Made by a program: the position numbers and the translations under genes | Notes under the pieces: generated by a model | What the model saw: only the letters and a program-made list of their open reading frames with translations | What the model was told of the DNA's origin: nothing | The model's database searches: none | Source: Octopus sinensis | Taxonomy: Eukaryota | Length of the DNA stretch: 64,000 bases | Direction of reading: 5' to 3' | Assembly: GCF_006345805.1 (NCBI RefSeq) | Contig: NC_042999.1 | Coordinates: 166,966,001-167,030,000, forward strand | In this document: positions 1 to 10,909 of the stretch, piece by piece | Layout: each line of letters begins with the position of its first letter | How positions within the stretch are numbered: the first letter of the stretch is position 1

Positions 1-14
1 ATAAAACTGCTCAA

Positions 15-64
<50 letters not shown>

Positions 65-327
65 TATTATATTGTTGAAATCCAGTGAAGGAGCCTTGGA
101 TCTAGGTTAGAAAACCGACCTTTCTCTATGGTAAGAATCTGAAATAAAACTGCTCATGATATATATATATATATATAGATATATATATTATAATATATAT
201 ATATATATATTAAATATATATATTATATATATATTATCTATATGTTGAAATTCCAGTGAAGGAGCCTTGGTCTAGGTTAGAAACCGACTCTTTCTCTATT
301 GGTAGAATCTTGAAATAAAACTGCTCA

Positions 328-364
<37 letters not shown>

Positions 365-466
365 GTTGAAATTCCAGTGAAGGAGCCTTGGATCTAGGTT
401 AGAAACCGACTCTTCTCTATTGGTAGAAAAATCTTGAAAAAAACTGCTCAATGATATATATATATA

Positions 467-512
<46 letters not shown>

Positions 513-605
513 GTTGAAATTCCAGTGAAGGAGCCTTGGATCTAGGTTGAAACCGATTCTTTCTCTATTGGTAAGAAATCTTGAAATAAAACTGCTCAAT
601 GATAT

Positions 606-650
<45 letters not shown>

Positions 651-734
651 AAATTCCAGTGAAGGAGCCTTGGATCTAGGTTAGAAACCGACTCTTTCTC
701 TATTGGTAAGAAATCTTGAAATAAAACTGCTCAA

Positions 735-738
<4 letters not shown>
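1..738 (+). repeat. Tandem repeat: ~90-bp core separated by variable (AT)n tracts (5 full copies + 1 partial)
   Basis: Core GTTGAAATTCCAGTGAAGGAGCCTTGGATCTAGGTTAGAAACCGACTCTTTCTCTATTGGTAAGAAATCTTGAAATAAAACTGCTCAATGA starts at about 74, 244, 365, 513 and 647; copies differ mainly by 1-nt indels. Confidence 0.95.
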
Positions 739-806
<68 letters not shown>

Positions 807-830
807 ATACATATATATATATATATATAT

Positions 831-2140
831 AAACGAGAGATGAAGGTAAATCAGTTTATTCTTTCGAGTGCATTAAAGAAGAAAAAACAGGCAGAGAAGA
901 CATGTTTCTTTGTCACCGACCATGGTAAACAAACAACAGAAGTGGATGGTTGAGAGGAGGCAGCACGATGTGCTTCAACCAACAGAGTGATGCCGTGGAG
1001 ATCGATGTTTATGGATCTTTAATGCATGTATGTGAGTGTAAGGAAATATGTGGGACCAAGTTGTGTATGTGTGTGTGTTGTGCGTATGTGTATGTGCATG
1101 TAGTGTTTAGCGCAAATGTTGTGTTAATCTGGTAGGTGGCGTCTTAAAGGGAACAAGGTTATTACTTATCGCTGTTGTCTTGGCTGTGTTAAGGTGAAAA
1201 TTTAGTTGTTTACGGTGCAAGTGTGAATAGGAGAGCCATAGTGTAAAACAACCCCACAGACAGCAGCCTGTAGGGAGGTGTGGGTAGGAAAATTGAAGTG
1301 TTACAACAAGCATCTAAAAGGTACTCTCTAATATGAATTCAAGTGCAACGTGTTTGTCCAACACTGAACACGCCACCTCAAAACTTGTATTTTATGCATT
1401 AAATAATGTTCTTGCTATAAAAAGTGAAACAGTCAGCAAAATCGAAGATGTTCGTCCAGCAGTGTAATGATGTTCTGGATGAAAGGAAAAGTGTGGCAGC
1501 AGAGTAAAGAGTGATGAGAGACTAAATGCAGACGGCGATCGTGTCAGAAATAAAGGAGGTGTTCCGGATGATGTGACAAGTAAAGGGTCAGAGTGGAGGC
1601 GGTGGAAGTGCGGTAAAATGGTACACCGGATAGGGTATGTGGCGGGATAGTAGGTGAGACATGGAAGGTGATCAGTTGTAACGTGGTGCATGAGTGCAGA
1701 GACGTGGTCAACTATGAGGGAATGGTGTCAGAAATTAGTAACGGCTGATCGAGGATGGGGAAGTACTGTGATAAGCAGTGGATGCAAGCAGATTTCAAAT
1801 TCGAAGTCATAATTACAAAGGCGATGAAGGTGAAGGAAATGCAGGCAGTGGATAAGAGATTTGGTATGAGTGGGAAGGGATGCAGTGAAATAGTAATATG
1901 GGTGGGAGTTGGTGTGATTGTGAAAAACAGAAGCCGAGAGGTTAGCATGACCAATATAGATGATGTCCAGGAAGTTAGCACAAGTAGTGGTAATGGTCAA
2001 TGTGAGACCTTGGGTAAAATGTTTAAAAGTTGACGAAAGCGATTAAGAAATTGAGCTGTTCGCGGGTCAAGTGGATGGCACCGAGACAGTTGTACATTGG
2101 CTGATATAATAACCGTATAGGTGGGTGGATTCAGTGAACT
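831..2140 (-). mobile_element. Decayed Penelope-like retroelement (RT thumb, linker and GIY-YIG C-terminus), 5'-truncated
   Basis: Minus-strand peptides NFLDIIYIGHANLSASVFHNHTNSHPYYYFTASLPTHTKSL..FLHLHRLC (1728-2000), CLTYYPATYPIRCTILPHFHRLHSDP (1392-1691) and RKQLNFHLNTAKTTAISNNLVPF (~1140-1215) resemble PLE RT thumb/linker/endonuclease tail; many stops and frameshifts. Confidence 0.8.
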
Positions 2141-4491
2141 AAGTTAATTTTTAATTAGCCAATGAAATTGTTTTGGAAAAAGACATCTGAACGATGATCG
2201 AGTCTTGTGCAAATTCGAAATTAAGCTGTAGAATCGACGGAGACTAATGGCGATAAACATGGATAGGTAAAGTTAATATGACTTCAGAAAAGATGAGAAA
2301 AATCTAGCGTTTCGAGCAATGTATCAGATTTTTTTAGTTGAGTTTATTGATTGAGGTAGTGGATCATTGAAACATGCAGATATTCCAAACTAAAAATGTG
2401 CGATTGATCTTAAAATGTTAAAGAAAAGAAAAATAATGTATAAGAAATATATTGCATCTTAGTTTTCTTTCTTGTGAGTTAATTTTAGAAAATAAAGAGG
2501 AACTGATTCTACAAAATTGTTCTACCGAAATCCTAGATTTAAACTATTGAAAATTCTATTAAGAAAAATGCATATTTTTTAATGGTTTAGTCAAAGTAAC
2601 AGTAGCATCCATTACATTTTTGCAAGCCCACTAAGACTGCTGAAATAATGGTCAAAGAAATCACGACTCATGCGTTTCTACCGTGGGAAGCAACGCCCCA
2701 AAGGAATCGTGGTATCCGAGGTTTTGGCCTATATGTTTGCATGTGAGTAGATTCTGCTAAAGCCATTTGGGGCAGGGGGGGGGCAAGATTGAGGTATTAA
2801 ACAAAACGATAGGCTAGATCTGCAGCAAACAAACACTGTCTATCCGTTGGACTTCTTCGCAGCTTTTCTTTATTCAATTTCATTTACAAGATTTCGGTCA
2901 CATGAGACTCTTATAAACACTTGGTTAAGGTGTAAAGCTTTGGCATCGAATTCAAAATCCTACGATTGTAAAGTAAGCGTTTTAAGAAGATTACCATGCA
3001 TGATACATAGATGTGCAAAGGTGAGTATATTTAGTACGAAGTAAAACAGTCGAGGATACATTCGAAGCTTTTATTGAGAACAATAATGTTGTTTCCACAG
3101 AATATGTATTGACGGTCAACGAAGAAATGAAGAGATTTAAGGTGAGAAAAGATTTTGTAATTTACGATCATTGTTCAAGAAAATCATCAGTTATAACACC
3201 GTTGTGTTAGTATTTGATAGGTTGGAATCGAAAGGTTTGCGAAGCAGAAACGAACCTGAAGAATTTAGACGGGGCAAATGCCAACAAGGATACGACTTTC
3301 GAAGGAAAAACTCATCTATTTATATGATATATCTTCTGATTATAAAATGCTGTTAGGTTGGTTGAGAGTAAAATGTCTTTTTTTTTTTGTATAGATAGAA
3401 GGTTTTGCTCATGACCTGTTACAGGGTCTCTGAGATAGGTCGGTAGGAAGGGAGGAAAGTATCCTTAAATAAGAAACTTGGCTCTAATATCTGCAACAGA
3501 GTGGACTCTGTTAAAACACACAAGATACCGAGTGGCGGTGTCAAAATGGGCACCTAGTTAATTATACCACTCAAGTAGGCGATAGCAAGGCTGATCTTAG
3601 AACACAAAAAGCCAGTACAAATACATGATATCCAATTCGACGTTCTTAGATTCCTGCCAATCTATTGGCTTGGATTCATACATCTTTATCGATTCAAATA
3701 GATGACAGACGACCTTGGCGGTATTTGAACTCAAAACACAGAGAATCGGAACAAATATTACAAAGTATTTTGCATGATGCTCTAAAGACTGTCGCTTGGC
3801 TTTATTTGGTACTGTGCAACGTAATAAATTACGACGCGTTTGTCTATGAAACATATCGATTAGGCCAGCTACAACAAATACAAGCATACACACACACAAA
3901 GAAAGTTTATATAGTTTTCAGAAAGTATACTGCATTGTTTGGAGACTTTTGTTCTTAAAATTATATTTCCTATTTCCTGTCAGCTTGTCACTGCTTCATC
4001 GAGGATTTTTTAGTGAATAAAAGTAGCTGAGTTTCACTCGAAGTTCTCCAGAAGAGCTAGAAAAGGCGGAACTAAAGTAAAGCAATAAAATACATTATGC
4101 ATTGGACGACGCAGGGGAAAAAGGAAACACTTGTATTGATTTATTGAATTTTGTAACTAAACAAACTCATCGAAGCTTTGTAAATATTTTCTGACTTGCT
4201 CGCTTCCAATAAACGAATTTGAAAATGACAAAGGATTAATAAACATGTGACAATTCTTTTGTGACATTCTTCTTGCAAGCACTGTAATTATCGTCGAATT
4301 ATTTCATTTCTTTCAGTATTACGACGTGCATATAAATCAGTGCATACAAATATGGATGTGATATATTTGTAAAAGGAATGGAAAACGTTTATTGGATAAA
4401 GGGCGGTGTTCTGACTTGGTGGAATTCTTGATAAGTTATTGATATCCTGAAAAAGCAAGTTTCTTGTTGGAATATTAGAGATGTGGGTTTA

Positions 4492-4711
4492 AGGCAGCGG
4501 GCTGGCAGAATCGTTAGCACCCCGGGTAAAACGCCTAACGGTATTTCATCCATCTCTACTATTTGAGTTCAAATTCCACCTAAGTCGACTTTGCCTTTCA
4601 TCCTTTCGGGGTCGAAAAAATTAGTACTAGTTTAACTTTGGGGGTCGATGTTATCGACTTAACTCCTTCCGTGAAATTGTTGGCCTTGTGCTAAAATTTG
4701 AAATCAATATT
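4492..4711 (+). mobile_element. tRNA-derived SINE, family A (octopus OR/OK-like)
   Basis: Box A-like CTGGCAGAATCGTTAG, box B-like GAGTTCAAATTCC, central CTTTCATCCTTTCGGGGTCGA, tail TTGTGCTAAAATTTGAAATCAATATT; several related copies in the window. Confidence 0.85.
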
Positions 4712-4727
4712 ACAGACGTGGTTGTAT

Positions 4728-5120
4728 CTCTTTTACTTGTTTCAATCATTTGACTGCGGCCATGCTGGAGCACCACCTTTAGTCGAGCAATTCGACCCCG
4801 GGGCTTATTCTTTGTAAGCCCAGTACTTATTCTATCAGTCTCTTTTGCCGAACCGCTAAGTGACAGGGACGTAAACACACCAGCATCGGTTGTCAAGCAA
4901 TGCCAGGGGGACAAACACAAACACACACACATATATACATATATATACATATATACGACGGGCTTCTTTTCAGTTTCCGTCTACCAAATCCACTCACAAG
5001 GCATTGGTCGGCCCGGGGCTATAGCAGAAGACACTTGCCCAAGATGCCACGCAGTGGGACTGAACCCGGAACCATGTGGTTGGTTAGCAAGCTACTTACC
5101 ACACAGCCACTCCTGCGCCT
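4728..5120 (-). mobile_element. tRNA-derived SINE, family B
   Basis: Minus strand starts AGGCGCAGGAGTGGCTGTGTGGTAAGTAGCTTGCTAACC..GGTTCAGTCC, has an internal AT/AC microsatellite and ends GATTGAAACAAGTAAAAGAG; at least 7 homologous copies in the window. Confidence 0.9.
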
Positions 5121-5473
5121 GGTTAATAAAAAGTTGATATCGAAACCGCGTAGATCCGGGATCAATATATCAGCGCAGCATATTGGTAATGTGTGTTCCA
5201 CCACAAGATTAAGTTGACCAATATCTTGTAAGCAGAATTTAATTGACAGGAAAAAACATGGTTAAGATTGGATCTATCAATGCTTGTAAAATGTAATTAA
5301 AACGTATACGCTTTTAAAGGGAGTCTTTTTTTTATCTTATATTTATTTGTTGCTGCATGATATCACCTTGGCAATGGACAAGCGCTAGATTTAAAATAAA
5401 TGTTAATTTTTAATTTTAATCTCGTTTACTTTTTTGTGCTCATGGTAATTTATTAGTCTATAACCCATTATAT

Positions 5474-5872
5474 GGCGGTGAATTGGCAAAATCGTGAGAG
5501 CGTCGAGAAAAATGCCTGAGCTGGCAGAAACGTTAGCACACCGGGCGAAATGCGTAGCCGTATTTCGTCTGCCGCTATGTTCTGAGTTCAAATTCCGCCG
5601 AGGTCCACTTTGCCTTTCATCCTTTCGGGGTCGATTAAATAAGTACCAGTTACGCACTGGGGTCGATATAAACGACTTAATCCGTTTGTCTGTCCTTGTT
5701 TGTCCTCTCTGTGTTTAGCCCCTTGTGGGTAGTAAAGAAATAAGTATCTGTTCCACCTGTACATTCTCAATTCAAATTCCGCCGTTCACCATTTCGGTAA
5801 AATAAAGTACCAGCCTCGTATTGGTGTCGATGGTATTGGCTGGTCGCGTGCTTAATTTTGAAAGAATAATTC
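5474..5872 (+). mobile_element. Nested SINEs: younger family-A-head SINE (5518-5744) with a distinct tail inserted into an older family A copy
   Basis: Old head GGCGGTGAATTGGCAAAATCG..AAAATGCCT is interrupted at 5517 and resumes after 5744 (..TTCAAATTCCGCC..). The insert ends GTTTAGCCCCTTGTGGGTAGTAAAGAAATAAG. Confidence 0.75.
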
Positions 5873-6168
5873 TGTTATTCAATAGACGTTTGTTAATGAT
5901 TAGACATCGAGTACACCCAATGATTAAATTTCGCGTGCATCGAAGTCCGTTACACAGAATGAAAACTAAACGTTCGTTTGATTTACTGCTGATTATTCAG
6001 TGCTGAAGAATACCTCTTCAAATAGTATTTCTTTCTTACTTTCTTTTAAAGCCTGGCGTGAAGGCCACCGACGCTGACAGTCGGAATCGTCAAACCAAAA
6101 ACTTGGCCTGAGTGGTTGGAACAATGTGGATTCCACTGAAGTAGCCCAAGATACCTGGCTTCATATTA

Positions 6169-6390
6169 AATCTATCATACAAGTAGACCATTGCAGTATT
6201 TGAACTAATCTATCATACAAGTAGACCATTGCGGTATTTGAACTCAGAACGCAAAGAACAAATACCCACTAGGTATGCAGTCTGATATTCTCTAAGTTCT
6301 AGCAATTTACGGTTTTGAATTGGTACTTTTGTTTATCAATCCTGAAAGGCTGAAAGGTAAAGCTGGCCTCGGCGGTATTCGAACGCATGG
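6169..6390 (-). mobile_element. Degenerate family A SINE with adjacent 38-bp tandem duplication
   Basis: AATCTATCATACAAGTAGACCATTGC(A/G)GTATTTGAACT at 6169-6206 and 6207-6244; reverse-complement SINE motifs GAACTCAGAAC and GGTAAAGCTGGCCTCGGCGG. Confidence 0.6.
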
Positions 6391-6460
6391 TGAAGGGAAT
6401 AGGAATTAATCTTTCTTCAGAAGTCTTTCAAAAGAACGTGTTACAAGTCATTATGACATA

Positions 6461-6679
6461 CTCTCTTTTACTCTTTTACTCTTTTACTTGTTTCAGTCAT
6501 TTGACTGCGGCCATGCTGGAGCACCGCCTTTAGTCGATCAGATCAACCCCGGAACTTATTCTTTGTAAGCCCAGTACTTATTCTATCGGTCTCTTTTGCC
6601 GAACCGCTAAGTGGCGGGGACGTAGACACACCAGCATCGGTTGTCAAGCAATGCTAGGGGGACAAACACAGACACACAA

Positions 6680-6710
<31 letters not shown>

Positions 6711-6882
6711 CATATATACGACAGGCTTCTTTCAGTTTCCGTCTACCAAATCCACTCACAAGGCATTGGTCGGCCCGGGGCTATAGCAGAAGACACTTGC
6801 CCAAGATGCCACGCAGTGGGACTGAACCCGCAACCATGTGGTTGGCTAGCAAGCTACTTACCACACAGCCACTCCTGCGCAT
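6461..6882 (-). mobile_element. tRNA-derived SINE, family B
   Basis: Near-identical to 4728-5120; (CTTTTACT)n tail at 6461-6490. Confidence 0.9.
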
Positions 6883-7065
6883 GTAAGATATTCTCAAATC
6901 ATCTGTTGATCGCAACTCACATTTCCAACGAAGAACTTAATGATAGCCACAAACGAACTTCTACTCAGTCTCAACACTATAAACCAGTTTATCATTGATG
7001 CTCTCGGGTGTTGGTGCGAGTTAGAGAAATCACAGCTTATAGAAAAACTCATATACAATTCTTTT

Positions 7066-7299
7066 ATTCTTTTACTTGTTTCAGTCATTTCCCTGTGGCT
7101 ATGCTGGAGCACCGCCTTTTAGTTGGAGAAATCTCTGCAAACCTGGTGCTTATTCTATCAGTCACTTCTGTCGAACCGCTAAGTTACGGAGGCGTAAACA
7201 CATCACCATCGGTTGTCAAGCGATGTTGGGAGGGGACAAACAGAGACACAAACACATACAAATATATATATATATATATATAATATATATATATATATA

Positions 7300-7368
<69 letters not shown>

Positions 7369-7385
7369 CATATGTATATATATAT

Positions 7386-7420
<35 letters not shown>

Positions 7421-7426
7421 ATATAC

Positions 7427-7470
<44 letters not shown>

Positions 7471-7581
7471 GACGGGTTTCTTTCAGTTTCCGTCTACCAA
7501 ATCCACTCAGAAGGCTTGGGTCGGCTCGAGGCTATAGCAGAAGGACTGAACCCTGAACCACGTGGTTGGGAAGCAAGTTTC
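7066..7581 (-). mobile_element. Diverged family B SINE with expanded internal (AT)n
   Basis: Family B 3' part at 7066-7260 and 5' part at 7470-7581 flank ~210 bp of (AT)n. Confidence 0.8.
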
Positions 7582-7758
7582 TTACCACACAGCCATGCCT
7601 AAGTTATTTATCAATCGATTCTTTGTTATTACAGATAATTACACCTACAGTCTGTTGTATCTACCTATAATGTGTTGGGTTCCGCTTAGGGCTTGATAAA
7701 AATCTTATATTTTCTTAATCGAAATGCTTGACCAGTGTCAGTGATTTCGTCGATATTT

Positions 7759-7810
<52 letters not shown>

Positions 7811-7813
<3 letters not shown>

Positions 7814-8073
7814 ATGTTTATCACCGCATCATATGTGGCTGTTCGACGTTACTACCCTTTTTTAATCCCAGAAAGAGTTTCCTCCAGCTGGTTAGGGATG
7901 CAATCTACACCCGGTATATATTGCAAGCAGGGGAGCGAACCCCTACCTACTTCCAGTAGACAACGGGATCACTAGACCGAACCGTTTCGGGCTATTTGTG
8001 GAGGAGGCTATTCTTAGGGGTTAAAAACAGTAGCAACGTCGAGTAGCCATATTGGTGTGGTGATAAACATTAC
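7811..8073. repeat. Fold-back element with ~55-bp imperfect inverted termini; related to the PLE-pLTR-like repeat at 13716-14700
   Basis: GTAATGTTTATCACCGCATCATATGTGGCTGTTCGACGTTACTAC vs reverse complement of GTAGCAACGTCGAGTAGCCATATTGGTGTGGTGATAAACATTAC. The interior shares TTCCAGCTGGTTA..GATATATTG..GGGAGC with 13830-13890. The minus strand carries a hammerhead 3' half (GAAACGGTTCGGTC). Confidence 0.65.
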
Positions 8074-8227
8074 CTCTCAGTATAGTTTGTTAGTGGCCAT
8101 TGATGATGGACACAAATAACCCGAAATCGTTATATATATATATATATAAAACATTATTGGAATTGCTACTAAGGTATCGGTTAACTTTGATTAATCTACT
8201 ACAAGATTATTCATCTTTCTATTTCAC

Positions 8228-8314
<87 letters not shown>

Positions 8315-10228
8315 TGTGTGTGTGTGTGTGTGTTGTGTGTGTGTGTGTGTACCGTAGAGTGTAACTGTTGTTAAACTGGAGTTTGCATGAAATTACCACA
8401 GAAGAGTTTTAGGAATATGTCAACAGCGAATTATTATTATTGAGATGTCAATAATTACTATTGCTAGAAATGTGTTATCACAAGGAATATGACATAAGCA
8501 TACTCAGAACCAGATTTTGGGAATGCAGCAGTCCTCACACACACACACACTTTACTTCTGGCAGGGGTAATAGTGCTATGTGGAGATCAACTGATTCCCG
8601 GGGAGAATTTTCGTTTCTGGTTGCATCCATTTTATTCCTCTTCTTAATGCATTTCAGAAAGTCACATATGCCACAACGCAAACTACCTCTATCCTAATAT
8701 CTAAAGAGCTTAATCTCCTTTTAGTTGATATTATCGATACCATATACATTTTCTCTATTTACTGCCATATGCCCTTGTAAAGATTAATTTTCTTCTAATC
8801 AGATATATAACTTGATCTCTCGTTTGGAATAGAATGGATTGATATCCAATCCAAGACAAGATTATAAATAATAATTGCAAGCTACCAAATATTCATAATT
8901 TATGCAGTTATCCTGTACATGTTGCCGTGATGTGTATGTCCCACCCACGTACGGCTAATGTTTTTATCTTGTTGGAAAGTAATTGAGAGTTAAGTATTTT
9001 TATATTGGATGTCTACGTCGGTCTGTAAACAATTAATTCGATCACCTTCATCCCTGCCTACCATTTTGACAGATAAAAAATACAGTCTTTATTATTTGTC
9101 TCAATTTACTTCACCTGTATCCTCAAATAAAGAATTCTTTTGTTTTGCAGCTACTGAGATCTTCTAGAGCTCTCCTCTTAAAGTCAGAAAAAAAAAAATA
9201 ATATTCTTTTCTAAAAGCAATTCCGTAGAACATTTTCTATTTTTTATTTCGAAAAGATTATACGAAAAGTTATTACAGAACTTTAGGTATTTTTTTATGC
9301 AAGCGATGTCAATATGTGGGGCAGATGTAGTTTAATCAGTGAACATGCTGTACACCGAGGAGGAAAAAAATCATGTAAAATTAACATCGAATATTGGCAA
9401 ACCTTAGTGTATATGTTTGATAGACGATATATTTGCAAATAACATGTTCTGTTTTATAAAATATACCAATGTCTTGATTTTCCTCAATATTTTGATCCAA
9501 TATTGGTTCTTTACATTAAAAAAGGAAACACTTGATTTATCATGCAGAATGGTATGGATGTGTGGTATACTTGTCTTTTAGCCACTACTTACAACTATTC
9601 GGTTTGTCAGGAGCTAGGGAAAGTTATACGGGGTATCAGTGACAATGCTAGTAGTTGTTCTATCCAGATTAAAACTTCCCTTGATAAATACAATAGTATT
9701 TATCAAGTGAAGTTACCTACAATAGTTTGTTGTAGGTAACTTTTCTTAGAAGTTGTATCTCTTTCTGACTGTAATCTGAGAGACTGCAACAGATAAATAA
9801 ATACAATATAATAAAATAAAATAAATAAGATCCACTGCCGAATCACCGAAAGAGCCATCATGCACTTGCTTGTCCTGCTTGAAAAAGTAGCCAAATTTTC
9901 TCTGATCATATGTTACAATCATAAAAAGAAGAATACATTGACTAATGCAGTCTTATATAAACGAAAAGGTGAGATGGGAAGGCCACGGCTGGAGTCAACA
10001 GTTATCCAAAAGCTGGAGTAAGAGATCTACTAGAAGAACATTTCGAAATAACACCAGCCTCACTGCGAAGCCAGACGTGCCGCTGCTTGTTTCTGGACTC
10101 CTTGTCTTCGTAGGTGAGAGTTCTGGTGGAGTCGTGGAAGCTGTTATTGACTTTAAGATATGAAGAAGATTTTTATGCAAGCGCTTTCTGTCTGCAATTA
10201 TCAGTTCTTCTAACATATTAGAAGGGGT

Positions 10229-10236
10229 TATATATA

Positions 10237-10272
<36 letters not shown>

Positions 10273-10396
10273 TGTATGTATGTATGTATGTATGTATGTA
10301 TGTATGTATGTATGTATGTATGTATGTATGTATGTATGTATGTATGTATGTGTGTGTATGTGTATGTATGTATGTATGTGTGTGTGTGTGTGTATG
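10229..10396. repeat. (AT)n/(ATGT)n microsatellite
   Basis: Direct inspection. Confidence 0.95.
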
Positions 10397-10909
10397 TAAA
10401 ACAAATCAAAATTGATAACGTAATAGAGAAGTACAAAGAAGAATGTTGCTGTAACGCATTCTCCGAATAAGCTAATAAAAATGCAGTTCTAAATTTTTAT
10501 TTCAGTCTTAATCTTAAATGTATTCCTAAGAAGGCATTAGAACGGTGCAGTTCATTTTCAATTCACAACAAACAATGTACTGTACAAATTTTCAGATTAT
10601 GTCTGTTATTTCTCTCTGAACGCCACTATTCCAACTTAAGCATCTTCTCTGCGTGTGCCTCTTCTTTAAACTTAAACCATTTCTGTAACAACTCGCAACT
10701 CTATCTTAGTATTAAGTCTTCTTTCCCCACTGTCATCACCTCTTCCCAGCCTTTGACTTCCTCTCATTTAGACCAGTTCTATCCCCTTCTTAGCTTTCAG
10801 CCGTACATATATACCCTACTATTAATTTGCTTCTGAGTTTTGTTTACAGTTTCAGTAGGAAACTGTTAACTGTCGACTTCATTATAATAATAATAGTATA
10901 GACACTATA

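Noticed and set aside
1-738. CRISPR-like repeat/spacer appearance
   Set aside because: Repeats are ~90 bp, the spacers are only (AT)n, the context is eukaryotic and no cas genes are present.
4492-4600. tRNA genes at SINE heads
   Set aside because: Box A/B motifs are present but no full cloverleaf; each continues into SINE body sequence.
8553-8567. Similarity to the U1 snRNA 5' end (TACTTCTGGCAGGGG)
   Set aside because: The match is only ~14 nt with a gap and does not extend into U1 stem-loops.
9860-10021. 53-aa peptide with vague histone H4-like C-terminal pattern (LLVLLEKVAK..HKKKNTLT..LYKRKG)
   Set aside because: Identity is too low for such a conserved protein and the N-terminal part is missing; likely chance.
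9995-10216. Minus-strand 73-aa ORF as a possible exon
   Set aside because: No recognisable domain and no consistent partner exon; overlaps an equally plausible plus-strand ORF.
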